DNA of 63,876 nt, filler included, from Chiloscyllium plagiosum (Eukaryota): assembly GCF_004010195.1 (NCBI RefSeq). It is 4 parts of one record of this genome, joined end to end, with 100 filler letters (N's around TTAATTAATTAA, not from the genome) between each part and the next. Parts side by side here need not be neighbours in the genome. Positions count along the whole stretch, not along the records: positions 1 to 27,198 come from NC_057715.1; 3 more parts are not named here. One strand, written 5' to 3'. This document shows, in pieces, positions 12,006 to 26,026 of this stretch (the stretch's first letter is position 1; the number at the start of each line of letters is the position of its first letter). Under the pieces are notes generated by a model, which made no database searches, had not been told where the DNA came from, and was given only the letters and a program-made list of their open reading frames with translations. The translations under genes were made by a program, and so were the position numbers.

Positions 12006-13134
12006 TATGCCAATCAGAATGGTTTTTGGCTGAGGGAAAGGAAAGACTGTCATTATAGGATTAAATCTATTATGTTAACCTTCACCTATTTGGGACATTA
12101 TATTTTCACAGCCTATGGATTTCCCAGCCAAAACTCCGCCACCCATATTTGGCTTCATCACCTCCTCTAACATTGGAGAGCTAACGTTCTATCTTTTATT
12201 AGCATATTGCACATATACTTGTGAAGACAAATATTGCAGGGCACCAGGGGAAGAGCCAGGGATTGGAACTAATTACATTGTACTTCCAAGGAGCTAACAC
12301 AGACTTGATGGGTCAAATGGCCTTCCCCACATATTTTAAGATTGCAAGAACAATGCAGCACACCCATCACCTCAGAAATCTTAGTCACTAACACACACCT
12401 TATAATCCAATTCATTATGCTAATTTGCTTAGAATTCAGATCACCTTCTCTGCACACTGATTTATGCGTCGAGACAAGTGTACATCATCAAATACTTTAA
12501 TATTTAACATTATAAATATTTTCTGATTGAGAACGTGCACATTCCAACTTTGACATGATCAAATGTGTCAACTATGATAAATATGATGTGATATCAAAAT
12601 TAAAACAAAACATCCACACTAACTTGCTTATCATTTGCCACAGATGAGTGACAGTAGAAAATGGCTGTTCCCAAATTTGTCAGACTACGGTGTCGGCATA
12701 TCTATTGCATTTGCATGCTTTCAATCTCGGTGTGCTCTGTGTTCTTGATAGCTCATTGTGATCATCACATTTGTTTGAAATATACAAAGCATCCTTGATC
12801 TCTCTTGCTTCTCATTAGAAACTGGAAATATGATTGCTGATCCTGTTACAAGCCATGCTAACAACTGGCAGAATAGACACTCTTTACCAGCAAATTATCT
12901 TTTATTAAAAATCATTGAGTATCTTGGCCTCACCAAAGAATAAGCCTTGATTACACTTCCATTCACTAAGTCATCAGCAAAAATGTACAGCTCCATTTCC
13001 TCTGAACTTCCTTCCATCAAAAGTTATTTTCCTTCACTTAGACAGCTGTTAGGACTGAGGTTGGAAGAAATCTCTTGCCTCACTCCACAACACCAATGTG
13101 ACCAATCATATGCATACCGTATATTTTGTTCAGT

Positions 13135-13360
13135 GTGAAATGGCTCTACCCAGGCAGGTATCCCATCACCAAGTCACCCTGTATTTACACATCAACAGTT
13201 CTGGACTATACTACTGCCTCATACAGGGTCAGGCACTACAGTGCCAGAATCCCTGGCACTCTGTCAGCCAGGACTCTCTGATTGAACCAGATTAACAGCC
13301 CCAGTCAGGGAACTCAGTATCTATGAAGTCTAGCTGGTTGACCATCTTGCTTACTGCACA
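13135..13360 (-). mobile_element. Solo LTR-like repeat (related copies at about 36460-36695 plus and 46895-47066 minus)
   Basis: TG...CA ends; shared core tgtcagccagg...ctgatt...ttaacagcccc..tcagggaactc; AATAAA in the 36460 copy. Confidence 0.5.
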
Positions 13361-13549
13361 GAGTACAAGCACATTTCCTTAATAAACACACAACATGCAT
13401 TCATTCTTTTTTGCTAATGGTTCATGGGATGTGGGTGTCACTGGCTAGGCCAGCATTTATTGCCCATCCCTAATTGTCCAGAGTGCAGTTAAGAGTCAAC
13501 CGCATTGCTATGGGTCTGGAGTCACATGTAAGCCAAAATGAGAAAGGAT

Positions 13550-13990
13550 GGGCAGGAGGCTGGAACAATGCAGCAAGCAAGGCAGCATCAGGAGGTACAG
13601 GAGTTGATGTTTCAGATCTAACTCTTCTTTAGGACTGGGGATGGGTGTGGGGGGAGCTGCAGATAAAGGAGGAGGCATGGGCAGGGTGGTGAAGTAGGGA
13701 TAAGTGAAGACAGGTAGAGAGTATGACCTGAATAGTCAATGGGTGGAATGAATCAGGTTGGTGGCAGTGTGGAATGGAAGGGAGGGGGAGGGGCTGGGAA
13801 GGGAGTCGGGGGATGGGGAGGCAGGTTATTTGAAATGACAGAACTCAGTGTTGAGTCCTCCAGGCTGTCGGGTGCCCATATGGAAGATAAGGAGTTGTTC
13901 CTCCAATAGGAGCTGTGGTTTGTTTTGGCAGTGGAGGAGGCCAAGGATGGTCATGTTGGAAAGAGAGTGGTTGGGGTAATTGAAATGGGT
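13550..13990 (-). mobile_element. Penelope-like 3' fragment (GIY-YIG C-terminus and pLTR), decayed
   Basis: Homologous to the 39229-39749 copy; purine-rich tract and decayed ribozyme end. Confidence 0.65.
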
Positions 13991-15173
13991 AAGTATGGCA
14001 GATTTCTTTCCCTAAAGAACATTAATGAACTAGATGAGTTGTTACAACAATCAAAATCATTACATGGTCACCATTAGCCAAATTTTCAAATCCAAATTTT
14101 AACAAAAGTATTTGAATTCAAATTTCACCATCAACAACAGTAGTATTCAAATCATAAATCTCAGAACATTACGATAAGGTTAGCGTTAGGTTCAAGGATT
14201 ACTAGTCCCGTGACATTATCATGACACCACCAACTCCCCATTGTCAAACAAAGGGACACATAATCTGCAACAAAAATGGAATACATTCAATTCATGCACG
14301 TTTTAAACTGTTTGAGAACTGAATGAACCAATTGTTCCCTGTTGCTTTCCCAACAACAATGTCTTGGCCAACTGGATTTGATTTAATGATCAATCAGCCC
14401 CTTTACATCTGCAGTCTAAATTGTTGTGATTGCTTTTAACTAATTGTTTGTAATCTGGAATTCTTGCATTTGTCCTCTTGAGTGTAAGATAAAAAGCTTC
14501 AAGATCAAGTGTCTCTTTTCAGTATTATCCAAGCTCTGTATTACCAAGTGAGTGTTTGAAAACAGGGTCATTTGAATATGGGCCCCATTCCAAGTAAACT
14601 GATGAACCAAAGCAAGCTCTAACTTCTAAGCCCTTAATTCTTTCCAACTTGTGATTCATGGATGAGCTTAATGATACCTCATTACAGCCTCGAAAGAAAT
14701 TCACTCTAGGGGTCTGGGTGTTGCTGGCAAGGCTGCCATTTATTGCTCATCATTAGCTGCCCTTGAGAAGATGGCAGTGAGTTTTCACTGTGTGAAACAT
14801 GGAGAGAAATCTCAGTGTAATCGTATACACTGAAAATTCAAGCATTATTACTTTTGAATATACAATTGACAGCTCTACATATAAATAGAGTGTTTCTGAT
14901 TTGAAGTGGAACATGTTTATTCAGAATCTACAGCTATCTAGCACTGGTACAGAGTTCTGCATAATAAGTGCTTATTTTCTTGATAAGCAGACAAGCACTT
15001 TACTGTAACTGTTCTCTCAGTGAAGTGTTGGAATTGTTGATGAGGTTATTGGATTTCGAAATCTAATCTCTTCCAACTGAATAAGGTGTGAACAGGAGCA
15101 GTCCACTGCAGCACTGAGGGAGTGCTACACTGTTGGAGAGGTTGTCTTCTAAATGAGGCACTGACCCACAGCT

Positions 15174-15271
15174 TTATTCCTGATGAAGGGCTTTTGCCCG
15201 AAATGTCGATTTTGCCTGTCCTCGGATGCTGCCTGAATTGCTGTGCTCTTCCAGCACCACTGATCCAGAAT
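15174..15271 (+). mobile_element. Single-arm Penelope-like end with hammerhead core (15180-15207)
   Basis: ctgatgaagggcttttgcccgaaatgtc; flanked by cacagct on both sides. Confidence 0.7.
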
Positions 15272-16357
15272 CACAGCTATATCTGACCTGTCAGGGAGAT
15301 GGAAAGGGTTTAATGGCATTGTTTGAAAGAAGAAGCAAAGGATTTGCTTCCATGTCCTGGCCAACTATTACCCTCCAACATAATTCCTAAACTGGGGGCA
15401 CATCTGATCATCAACACAAGGCTTATGTGGGAAAGGCAAGAAAGTGAATTGTCAGACCACTCAGAATCTCTTTGAAAGGTGATGCAACCTCAATGGGCTG
15501 AATGGTCTATTTCTGTTCCTTTGTCTTCTGGTCATATTGTTATTTGTAGGACCTTACTCTGCAAAAAGAAAAAGGTGTTGCATTTCCCAGGATTTGAAAG
15601 TACTTCATTAATGGTAAAATGATTTGGGGTGTCTTAAGGTGCTGTGTAAAGGCAAGTTTTCTCATTTTCATTAAAATGCATCAATTGAGCATCCATTGTA
15701 TACCAATCCATCCTGTATGCAGCTGACTGAATTAGGCAGGAAGGGCAACAGGTTTAAAATTATCAACAGAAGTCAGACCAGGGCCACGTAATTATTGCCT
15801 GTTGAAATTTCAACACAGTTTCCTCCTCCAGAATCTCCTGCTAACTGTTTACCAACAAGTGCCAATAGCTCAGTTGGGGGCTCTCAGTACTCCTTAGAGA
15901 CCACAACACACAATCTGGGCTGACATTCACAGTACAGTACCAAGGGACTGCAGCAGTGGTTGAGGTGCCTGCTTTTGGACGAGACTTTAAATCAGAGTGA
16001 GTGTAAATGATTCCAGCAAATTACTCCTAAGAGGAGCAGAGGAGTACTATCCAGTGTTCCTGGCCAATATATAATACTTCAACCAACAATTAAAGCAAGA
16101 TTATCTGGCCATTATATGAACGAGCATGCTGTGTGCTAATTGGCTAGTGCTTCTTCCAAATCACAACAGTGACTAAGCTTCAAAGGCACTTCATTGGCTG
16201 CTAAGTAGTTTGGGACATCAAGCTAACCCAAAAGGCCCCACATAAATTCCATTTTTTTTAAGGTGGACTGTTTATTTTGCAAAAGCAAGTGTTAGATCTA
16301 TTTAATCCTTCCAGGGAATAGTTTTGGTCTCTTTTCTAATGCAGTACACACCAGCAC

Positions 16358-16780
16358 TGGAGAAGGTGAGGACTGCAGATGCTTCAGAGTCAGAGTTGAA
16401 AAGTGTGGCGTTGGAAAAGCATAACAGGTCAGGCTGTATTTCAGGAGCAGGAGAATCGCTGTTTCAGGCATAAGCCCTTCATCAGAATGTGGGGAGCGGG
16501 TGGGAAGGGGGCTGAGAAATAAATAGGAGAGTGGGGGTGGGGCCGAGAGCAAGGTAACCTGGAAGGCAATAGGTGGGGCATGACTTTGTTAGGTCGGTAG
16601 GGAGAGTAGAGCAGATAGATGGGAAAGAAGATGGACAGGTAAGACAGGTCAAGAGGATGGTGCTGAGTTGGAGGGTGGGATCTGGGATGAGGTGGGGGAA
16701 GGGGGGATTTGGAAACTAATGAAGTCAATGTTGATGCCGTGTGGTTGAAGGGTCCTAAGGCAGAAGATGGGTGTTGGAGG
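16358..16780 (-). mobile_element. Penelope-like 3' fragment with decayed hammerhead
   Basis: Same pLTR end (gaggactgcagatgct...gcataagcccttcatcag) followed by endonuclease C-terminal sequence. Confidence 0.7.
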
Positions 16781-17379
16781 TAGTTCGGAGAAGGTTCACT
16801 AATCTGATATGAGGCTTGGAGGGATTTTCTCATGAATTTAGATTTAGGTTTCATTGTCATGTGTTCTCAGGTCCGGTGAACAATGTCACCACATACTGAG
16901 CCATCTTAGTTACAAAGTACCTAGATACAAAATCTTAATTACAGAAGTAGTAAAATAAAGAAATAATTCAAAAAGTTCAGCACTACTGTGTTCTTAGTAC
17001 AAAAGTGAAAAAAACAAAGAACTAAAGTTAAGAAGTCAAGCATTACAGTTCTTTCTTAAGCCGTGGGCCTGCAGATGCTCCAAGTTGCGCATTTCCCAAG
17101 AGGGCTTGCTTTCCCCTGCGCTGGTCTTAAGACCCGTCTCTGTTCACCAGCCACCCTCACCCCGACCTCAATCAGGCACACCAGGCTTCACAAGGCCTTG
17201 GCTGGCACTGCCACCTCACCGCTTTCTGCCACTGCCACCATCCTTCACCACCGACTGACACTATTGCCAAGAATGTTTGAGGGGTTTGGGCCTGTACTCA
17301 TTGGAGTTTATCAGAATGAGAGGCAACTTTTGTGGAACGTGTAAGATTACTCAGAGGCCTGACAGGGTAAATGTGGAGA

Positions 17380-18392
17380 AAGAGGAAGTGAGGACTGCAA
17401 TGCTGGTGGCTGAGAAATAAATAAGAAAGGGGTGAAGCTGGAGGGAAGATAGCTTGGAAGACGATTGGTAGATTGAGGTGGTGGTGATGGTGATAGATCG
17501 GAATGGAGTGTGGAGCGGATAGCTGGAAAGGAAGATGGACGTGTAGAACAGCTCAAGAGGGTGGTGCCATGTTGGAGGGTTGGATCTGGGATGGAAGGAG
17601 ATGAGGAAACTGGCGAAATCAACATTGATTTTGTGTGGTTGGAGGGTACCCAGGTGGAAGATGAGGTGCACTTCCTCTAGATGTCAGGTGGCTAGGATTT
17701 GGAGGTGGAGGAGGCCAAGGACTTGCATGTCTTTGGCAGAGTGGGAGGGGGAGTTGAAATGATCAGCCAGAGGGCAGTGGGGTTGTTTAATGTTTGTGTG
17801 TGCCAGAGAGTATTCTCTGAAACATTCTGCCAGTTGGTGTCCTGTCTCGTGTGGTTGGAGGGTACCCAGGTGGAAGATGAGGTGCACTTCCTCTAGGTGT
17901 CAGGTGGCTAGGATTTGGAGGTGGAGGAGGCATGTCTTTGGCAGAGTGGGAGGGGGAATTGAAATGGTCAGCCAGAGGGCAGTGGGGTTGTTTAATGTTT
18001 GTGTGTGCAAGACCGTATTCTCTGAAACATTCTGCCAGTTGGCGTCCTGTCTCCCCAATGTGGAGGAGACCACATCGAGAGAAATGGACACAGTAGATTA
18101 GGTGTTTGGATGTGCAAGAAAATCTCTGCCAGACTGTTTGACCTATCCATCTTCTTTCCCACCTATCTGCTCCACCCTGAGCTCTGACCTATCACCATCA
18201 CCCCCGCCTTCATCTATCTATCGTCTTCCTAGTTACATTCTCCCAGCCCCACTCTCCTCCCATTTATCTCTCAGCCCCTGCACCCCCCTTCCCCCCACCT
18301 TCCTGATGAGGAGCGTATGTCCAAAACCTTGACTCTCCTGTTCCTTGGATGTTGCCTGGCCTGCTGTGCTTTTCCAGTGTCACACTTTTTGA
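17380..18392. mobile_element. Rearranged Penelope-like insertion inside a CR1, with internal tandem duplication (about 17633-17845 / 17851-18050) and inverted right arm
   Basis: Minus ORFs with HLIFHLGTLQP and ADHFNSPSHS; plus-strand pLTR end 18130-18392. Confidence 0.7.
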
Positions 18393-21300
18393 GAACGTGT
18401 AGGAGTTGATTTCCATTGTGGGAGATTTGAAAACCGGAGGCCATGACCTCAGAGTAAGGGGTCACCCAGTTAGTTCGGACAGAGGTGAGGAGGAATTTTT
18501 TTTGTCAGAGGAACGTGAATCTCTGGAATTTGTTGACCACAGAATGCCATTGAGGCTGTATTCAAGGCTGAGATAAACAAAGTTTTAATCAGTAAGGGAA
18601 TTAAGGAGTGTGGGTAGGGCAGGAAGGTGGTATTAGGGATTTTCAGGTCAGCCATCACTGAATGGCAGAGCTGACTGGATGGGCTAAATGGCCTACTTCT
18701 GCTCCTTTGTCTTCTGGTAGTTCCACCTGAAAGTTGCATCTTTCTGAAAGTTACATTTCGAATTAATCATAGGCAGAAAGGTCAAGGTTGGGAGAAAGAT
18801 ATTTCCTACTCTTTACTGAGAAATAAAATTGCTCAGAGATCACGTGATTAAAGAAGGTGCTTATCTCGTGTGTTTTCTTTTATAATCACAATGCAAATGA
18901 TTAATTTTGCAATTTATAACAGATTTAGATCAACAGAGGCTGATATAAATTGGACACACCAGTCATTTAAAAGACAGCAATATGTATTGAATTTTGATCA
19001 CTGTTTTACATTTGCTGAGTTAAGATACCATTATTGGATAATCTTCCCTTTCTGTGTCATGCTCAGTGTCAAAGATTTATATATATTATTGGAAATCTAA
19101 ATGGATGGATGTGGATCGGTCCTCAGTGCTGTTGCAGAAGATTCTCGGCTAAATCCCTCTCCAGGACTTAACCACAGCAAACAAACAAGCTGTTCAGTGC
19201 AGTACTGACAGAGTCACAGATGCAGTCTTTTTAGATGACGTGTTTAACTGAAGCCCTGCCTGGCCTCACAAGTGAACAGTAAAGATCCATTTGCACGAAT
19301 TTCAAGAAGCACCCACTGGCCTGACTTAGATTTATTCCACAATCCCTAACACAAACACAGATTGTCCGGTCATTATCAGATCGTTGTAATTAGGAGTTTG
19401 CTAGCCACTGTGGATACACTTGAAAAGTACTTCATCAAAGTAGAAAACATTCATGAAATATGTTGCATAAACACGTAAGTATTTCCTGTTTAATAATACT
19501 TTTCATTGATAAAGTGGGCACTGATTTCTTCACGCAATCTCCTAGTCCTACTCTGGAACTTTTTTTTATTATTCCAGCATTTATCGCCCATCTGAAATTG
19601 TTAAGAGTCAAGTCCATTGCTGTAGGACTGGAGTCACATGAAAGCCAGACCATTTCCTTCCCAAAAGGACATTATTAAACCAGATAGGTTTTTCCCTCAT
19701 AATCAACAATGGTTACACGGTCATTGGTAGACACTTAATTCCAAATATTTATTGAATTCAAGTTCCACCGTCTGCCATGGCAACATTTGAACCTGGATCC
19801 CCAGAGCACTACCTGGGTCTCTGGATTAACTGTTCAGTGATTATACCACGAAGCAAATGCCTCCCCCATGAACTGTGGCGAATTCCTGGAATTCGAGGAT
19901 GTGTCAAAGAACCTCTCTAATTTTCATTACCCTGTTCATGCCTTCAGCTGCACAGGGTCTAAGCCCTGGACTTTTTTCCTAAACCTCCTTGCCTGCCTAA
20001 CAAACATAGGGTGTGCCAGAGAAACTGAACAGGTCTGGCAATATCTGTGAACAGATAAGCAGAGTTAACGGTTCAAGGCTTGTATGCCTCAACTTCAGAA
20101 ATGAAGAACTATCCATCTATCTCTCTCTCAAAGATGGTCTTTCACACTTTCCTCTTTGAGCAAGCATTTGTTCTTTTCTGGTATCACCTCATGTGGCAAA
20201 TATTGGATCACTCCACAACGTTGAAAGCATGAAATGACTGCAGGCCATGGTGGTTCATTATATTCATGGTTCTTAAGGAGTTTGACAAGGTAGATGCTGA
20301 GACGACATTTCCCCTCATGGGAGAGTCTCGGAACAGAGCGCACAGTCTTACAATTAAAGGACACCAATGTAAGACTGAGCTGAGGGGCAATTTCATCTCT
20401 CGAAAGATTGTGGGTCTTTGGACGTCAAGAGAGCTGTGGGTCAGAGTCCTTGTGTATATTTAAGGCTAAAATCGATAAATTCTTGATCAATAGGGGAATC
20501 GAGAGTTATGGGGAAAGGGCAGGAAAGTGGACATGAGGTGCGTGAGATCAGCCATGATTCTCCTGAATGGCTGAACAGCCGACTCCTATTCGTATGTCTT
20601 ATGGTCTTATAATGCTTAACTGTTTCACATTTCTCAAAAGGGTTTTGGGGTGCAATGATAGTTTCTACTAGAAAATCTAAGTACAAATCTCTCTTATCCT
20701 TAAGTTGTAAACACACATCCAAACAGATTTATTTAACATAGTTTTCTCTAACATTCTTCTGTTTTCTATTTTTTTTGTCAATGGCATTCATTTCCATTTT
20801 ATTGTGAAAGTCTAATGTCAACATATTTTAAGAAGAGCAGGCACTTGATAAGGTTGGCACATCAGCTGCCAGCCTCAGCTTTTTATGTTCTGTTGAGGTA
20901 CATTAATTATCCTTCTCCTGCATGGATTTGTCTCTGTGAGAAACATACAGCAGTGACATCAATACTTTTCTTTAAATGGACGTTATGAGAAATTACATTC
21001 CATTTGTTTATATCAATACAATCGGATCATAGAATCCCTACATTGTCGAAACAGGCCATTCGGCCCATTGATTGCACAATGACCCTCCAAACAGCATCCC
21101 ATCCAGACCCACCACCCTCTCCCCTATCCCCATAACCATGCATTTCTTCTGGCTAACCCACCCTGGGTACTATGGGGTAATTTAGTATGACCAATTTGTC
21201 TAGCCTGCACATCTTTGAACTACTCTAACAGATGGTCTGACAAAAACCCCAAGGTTCTAAACTTACACTAAAGATTGCAAAAGCTCACAGCATCGTATAT

Positions 21301-21782
21301 AAAGTCGTAAATTGGATTATTAATTAGCTCAGTAATAACAGAATTCTGTATTAATAGTAATAGTTTTAATTAGACAGCTGGAATCAACACTGCTCTCAAA
21401 GCCCATGCTGTTCCTAAAATGCATTAAAGTATTTGATGATGGTTTGCAAGAAGACTGCCGAAGCTGTTGATGACGGTAATGAGGTGAAATTTCTCTGTAT
21501 CAGCAGCTTAAATTAGGCAGACAGCCAATTGGCAGCTCGGCTTAAATCGCATTCCGATTTTAATTCCCAATTGGAAGTTGTAAGGTGGAAGAAGAGCCTA
21601 CAGAGCTTCAACTTGAAGTGAAGAACAAATGTTGAGCTGAGGCAACAAGCATGGTAGGTGGCAGAAATGGGGTAGATGCACTGCATATGGACTTTAGGAG
21701 AACCTGTGACTGGTACCATGCTCAAGAAGATTGTGAACAATGAACATATAAGTCCACAAGATATAGGACCTAAATCCATCAA

Positions 21783-22342
21783 ATCTTTACGCAGAGAGTG
21801 GTAAGGGCGTGGAATGCTCTACCTGCTAATGTAGTCAACTCACCCACATTAGGGAGATTTAAACAATCGTTAGGTAAGCACATGGATGGTTTTGGGATAG
21901 TGTAGGGGGACGAGCTGAGAATAGAACATAGAAAAATACAGCGCAGCACAGGTCCTTTGGCCCTCGATATTGCGCCGATCCAAGCCCACCTAACCTACAC
22001 TAGCCCACTATCCTCCATATGCCTATCCAATGTCCGTTTAAATGCCCATAAAGAGGGGGAGTCCACCACTGCTACTGGCAGGGCATTCCATGAACTCACG
22101 ACTCGCTGAGTAAAGAATCTACCCCTAACATCTGTCCTATACCTACCACCGCTTAATTTAAAGCTGTGCCCCCTCGTAATAGCTGACTCCATACGTGGAA
22201 AAAGGTTCTCATGGTCAACCCTATCTAAACCCCTAATCATCTTGTACACCTTTATCAAGTCAAAATAGTTCACATGTCGATGCAACATCGAGGACCAAAG
22301 GGCCTGTTCTGCGCTGTATTGTTCTACGTTCTATGTTCTATG
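21783..22342. mobile_element. CR1 3' end (plus) interrupted by a second CR1 3' end (minus, about 21925-22263)
   Basis: FFTQRVVSSWNALP ORF on minus; aatag at both junctions; ttctatg tails. Confidence 0.8.
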
Positions 22343-24806
22343 CTCCATAATTTACTTCCGATAGAAGGAAGGTCATTGTTGAAATGTTTGGGCCTATGAC
22401 ACTATCCAAGGCTCTCCTGCAGACAGGTCCTGGAACTGAGGTGACTGATCTCCAGCAAACACAAACATCTTTCTTTCTGCTAGGTATGTTGGCAAAGAAA
22501 GGAGTGTTGTCACCTTGGTTTCCATTGGCTCCAGTTTTGCTAGGTTACCTTGATGGCACCTTCATTCTAAAACTATGATATTAAGGACAATTAGTCTCAC
22601 CTCACCTTTAAATCTTAGAGACAGAAGTAGATTGTAGAGTACTTACCGAACACCTCCTATACAATAAGTTCTTCCTCTTGTAGAGTCAGAACCAATTTCA
22701 TATTGCCAGCTCTGCATTTTTAGATCCACACTTGAATTGCTCTTCTAAGTGATGTTGACTGTCCCTGAATCCTTCTTTTGCTGAGAAAAATAGAGTTAAA
22801 TTAGAAGAAACATTTATCTTTTTACAAACAAGTGCTGAAATTAAAAGGAACACTTTTTAACAGCAACTGAATTAAATTAAATTCAGTCTCTGTATTGCTT
22901 CTGGTGTATTTGATTACCAAATTCCTCATGGCTGCAGATCTCCACTCACTAAACTGCGTATGCACTTAAGCTGTGACATTTTATCATCATCTGTCTGATA
23001 TTCTAAACACACAATTTATCTTTCATGTACCTTGGCCAGCAACGACATACACATTAACTCAATTGCTGACACCATTGCAATGCCACCTCATGTTGCTTCA
23101 TACCTCCACTCTTACTAAAGGTGCCAGCTTACTTTGAACTGAAAAAAAGGTTTCTCCAGTATAGTTTTTCCAAGTAAGTCCAGAATGAGGAAATAAAACT
23201 GTAAAACCACCCATTAATACAAGGCTATGATTGCATATTCTTTGCAAATGATTGAATCTGCAAATTCTTACAGATGCAAAGATGGGTCAGTGGATCAATG
23301 AATGCATTTGGTATTGAGTCAGTGCTAAGGGACAATCATTTAACTGAGGGAATCATCACAATCCATCTCACGTCACAAGCTTGGTGTACTCCATGTGCAT
23401 TTATATGGAAATTAGTAGATTTTGATCTGGAATAGGAATTGCAAGAATGTAGACAGCCATTTCTTCATTTTTCACAATAATATCTTCTGCCTTTACTTCT
23501 AGAGGACTAGAGTTCTCTTTAGCTTCCCTCCTCCTACCTTGATATATTTGCAAAAACTGTTACAATCAAGTTTTATGTTTCTGTCTAATTTGCCATCTAT
23601 TTTATCTTTCCTCATTTTTTTCTAATTTTGAACATTCTTTGGTCTTAGCTACACTGGTCACAATGCTGACCAAGGTAAAAGTCTATAACTCAGGAAGGGC
23701 ATATGAAGAAAGTACAGATGACTAAAGAAAGAAACTTTGGACAATGGGACAGAATATTGAACAGTACATTAAACCATTAGGCTTTGTCCAGGTAGAATTT
23801 AATGCCTGCCCACTGGAAAGCTTGGTGGTGGATAGAGTCATTTAATCAGTTGAGAATGTGGCAGATGGGGATTGTTCCATTGGTTACCTCAATTATGTCC
23901 ATGGGACAGTCTATGTCAATCGAAGACCACTTAGGGACCTCATTCTGCTTCCGCTGATATTAACATAGAAATAGATGCAGGAGGAAGCCAGTTAGCCTTT
24001 CAAGCCTGCTCTGCCATTCAGTATGATCATGGCTGATCATTCAACTCAATAGACTGTTTCGCTTCTCCCCCATATCCTTTGATCCCTTCAGCCCCAAATG
24101 CTGCAACCAACTCCTTCCTGAAATCATAAAATGTTTTAGCATGGACTGCTTTCTGTGATAGTGAATTCCATAGGCTCATCACTCTCTAAATGAAGAAATT
24201 TATCCTCATCTCAGTTCTAAACGGTTTAGCCTGTATCCTTAGGCCGTAACCTCTTGCTTTGGACTCCCCCATCATTAGAAGCATGCTTTATGCACCTAAA
24301 CTGCCTCGTCCTATTAGAATTTGTAGGTTTCTGAGCGATCCTCCTTCATTCTTCTGAACTTCAGCAAATATTTTCCTAACTGATTTACTCTCTCCTCTTA
24401 TGTCAGTCCTGCCATCCCAGGAGTCAACTGGGTAAACCTTCGCTCAACTCTCTGTACAGCAAGAATATCCTTCTTCCAATAACAAGACTGTAACTGCACA
24501 TAATGCTCCAAGCATGGCCACACCAAGGTCCTGTATAAGTCAACAAGACAACCCTTCTCCTGTACTCAAATCCTCTCACTAACAAGGCCAGCATACCACT
24601 TATCTCCTTCACTGTCTGCTGCACCCACATGCTTACCTTCAGTGACTGTTGCACAAGATCATCCAGGTCTCATTGCACGTTCTCCTCTCTCAGGTTATGG
24701 TGATTCAGATAATAATTTGCCTTCCAGTTGTGCTCCCAAAGTCAATAAACTCACATTTATCCACATCGCTCTTCATCTGTCATGCATTTGTTACCTCACT
24801 CAGCTT

Positions 24807-25011
24807 TGAGGAGAAAGTGAGGTCTGCAGATGCTGGAGATCAGAGCTGAAAATGTGTTGCTGGAAAAGCGCAGCAGGTCAGGCAGCATCCAGGGAACAGG
24901 AGAATCGACGTTTCGGGCATAAGCCTGAAGAAGGGCTTATGCCCGAAATGTCGATTCTCCTGTTCCCTGGATGCTGCCTGACCTGCTGCGCTTTTCCAGC
25001 AACACATTTCC
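24807..25011. mobile_element. Fold-back Penelope-like end (family A)
   Basis: Inverted arms joined inside the ribozyme at about 24923; TSD acctcactcagctt at 24793-24806 and 25012-25025. Confidence 0.85.
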
Positions 25012-25838
25012 ACCTCACTCAGCTTGTCTAAATTACACTGAACTATCTTTGCATCCTTTTCATAGCTCACCCTCCCAGCTGGCTTTGGGTCTTCTACAGA
25101 TTTGGAAATACTACATTTAGTTCCCTCATATGTTTTGTGAAAGCTGGGGTCCTGGCATTGATCCCTGTGATTTTTTTTAGATAGATTCCCTACCGTATGG
25201 AAACAGGCCCTTCGGCCCAACAATTCCACACTGACCCTCCAAAGAGTAACCCACCCAGACCCATTCCCCTGCCCTATATTTACCCCTGACTAATGCACCT
25301 AGCACTGGGCAATTTAGCATGGCCAATTCATCGAAACTGCACATCTTTGGATTGCGGGAGGAAACTGGAGCACTAGGAGGAAGCTCACACAGACATGGGG
25401 AAAATGTGCAAACTCCACGCACAACTGCCTGAGGCGGTAATCAATCCCGGGTCCCTGGCACTATGTGGCAGCAGTGCTAACCACTGAGCCACTGTTTCAA
25501 CATTATATCTACTGGCCGCTGCCTGCTGTTTGGAAAAATACCTGTTTATTCTTATTCTGTATCCTACATTCAACTTATTTCCTATCCATTGCATTACTCT
25601 AACCCCCCAATCCCAAATGCTTTAATTTTACATGGTAATTTCTGATATTGGACTTTGTCAAAAGCCTTCTGAAAGTTCAAATAAACCCCATCCACTGGCT
25701 CCCCTTTATCAACCCTTTCTGGTAAATTTTTAAAGATTTCCAATGGATTTGTCAAACATGGTATCTCTTTCATAAAATCATGCCGACTCTGTCTAATCCT
25801 GTCATTGTTTTCCAAGTGATCAGCTGTAAAATCTTTCA

Positions 25839-26026
25839 GGAGAAAGGGAGGACTGCAGATGCGGGAGATCAGAGTTGAGAGTGTGTGTGCTAGAAAAGCA
25901 CAGCAGGTCAGGCAGTATCTGAGGAGCAGAGGAATCGACGTTTCAGGCATAAGCCCTTCATTCCTGATGCCCCTGCTCCTCGAATACTGCCTGACCTGCT
26001 GTGTTTTTCCAGCACCACACTCTCAA
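25839..26026. mobile_element. Fold-back Penelope-like end (family A, older)
   Basis: Inverted arms; TSD ctgtaaaatctttca at 25824-25838 and 26027-26041. Confidence 0.8.
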
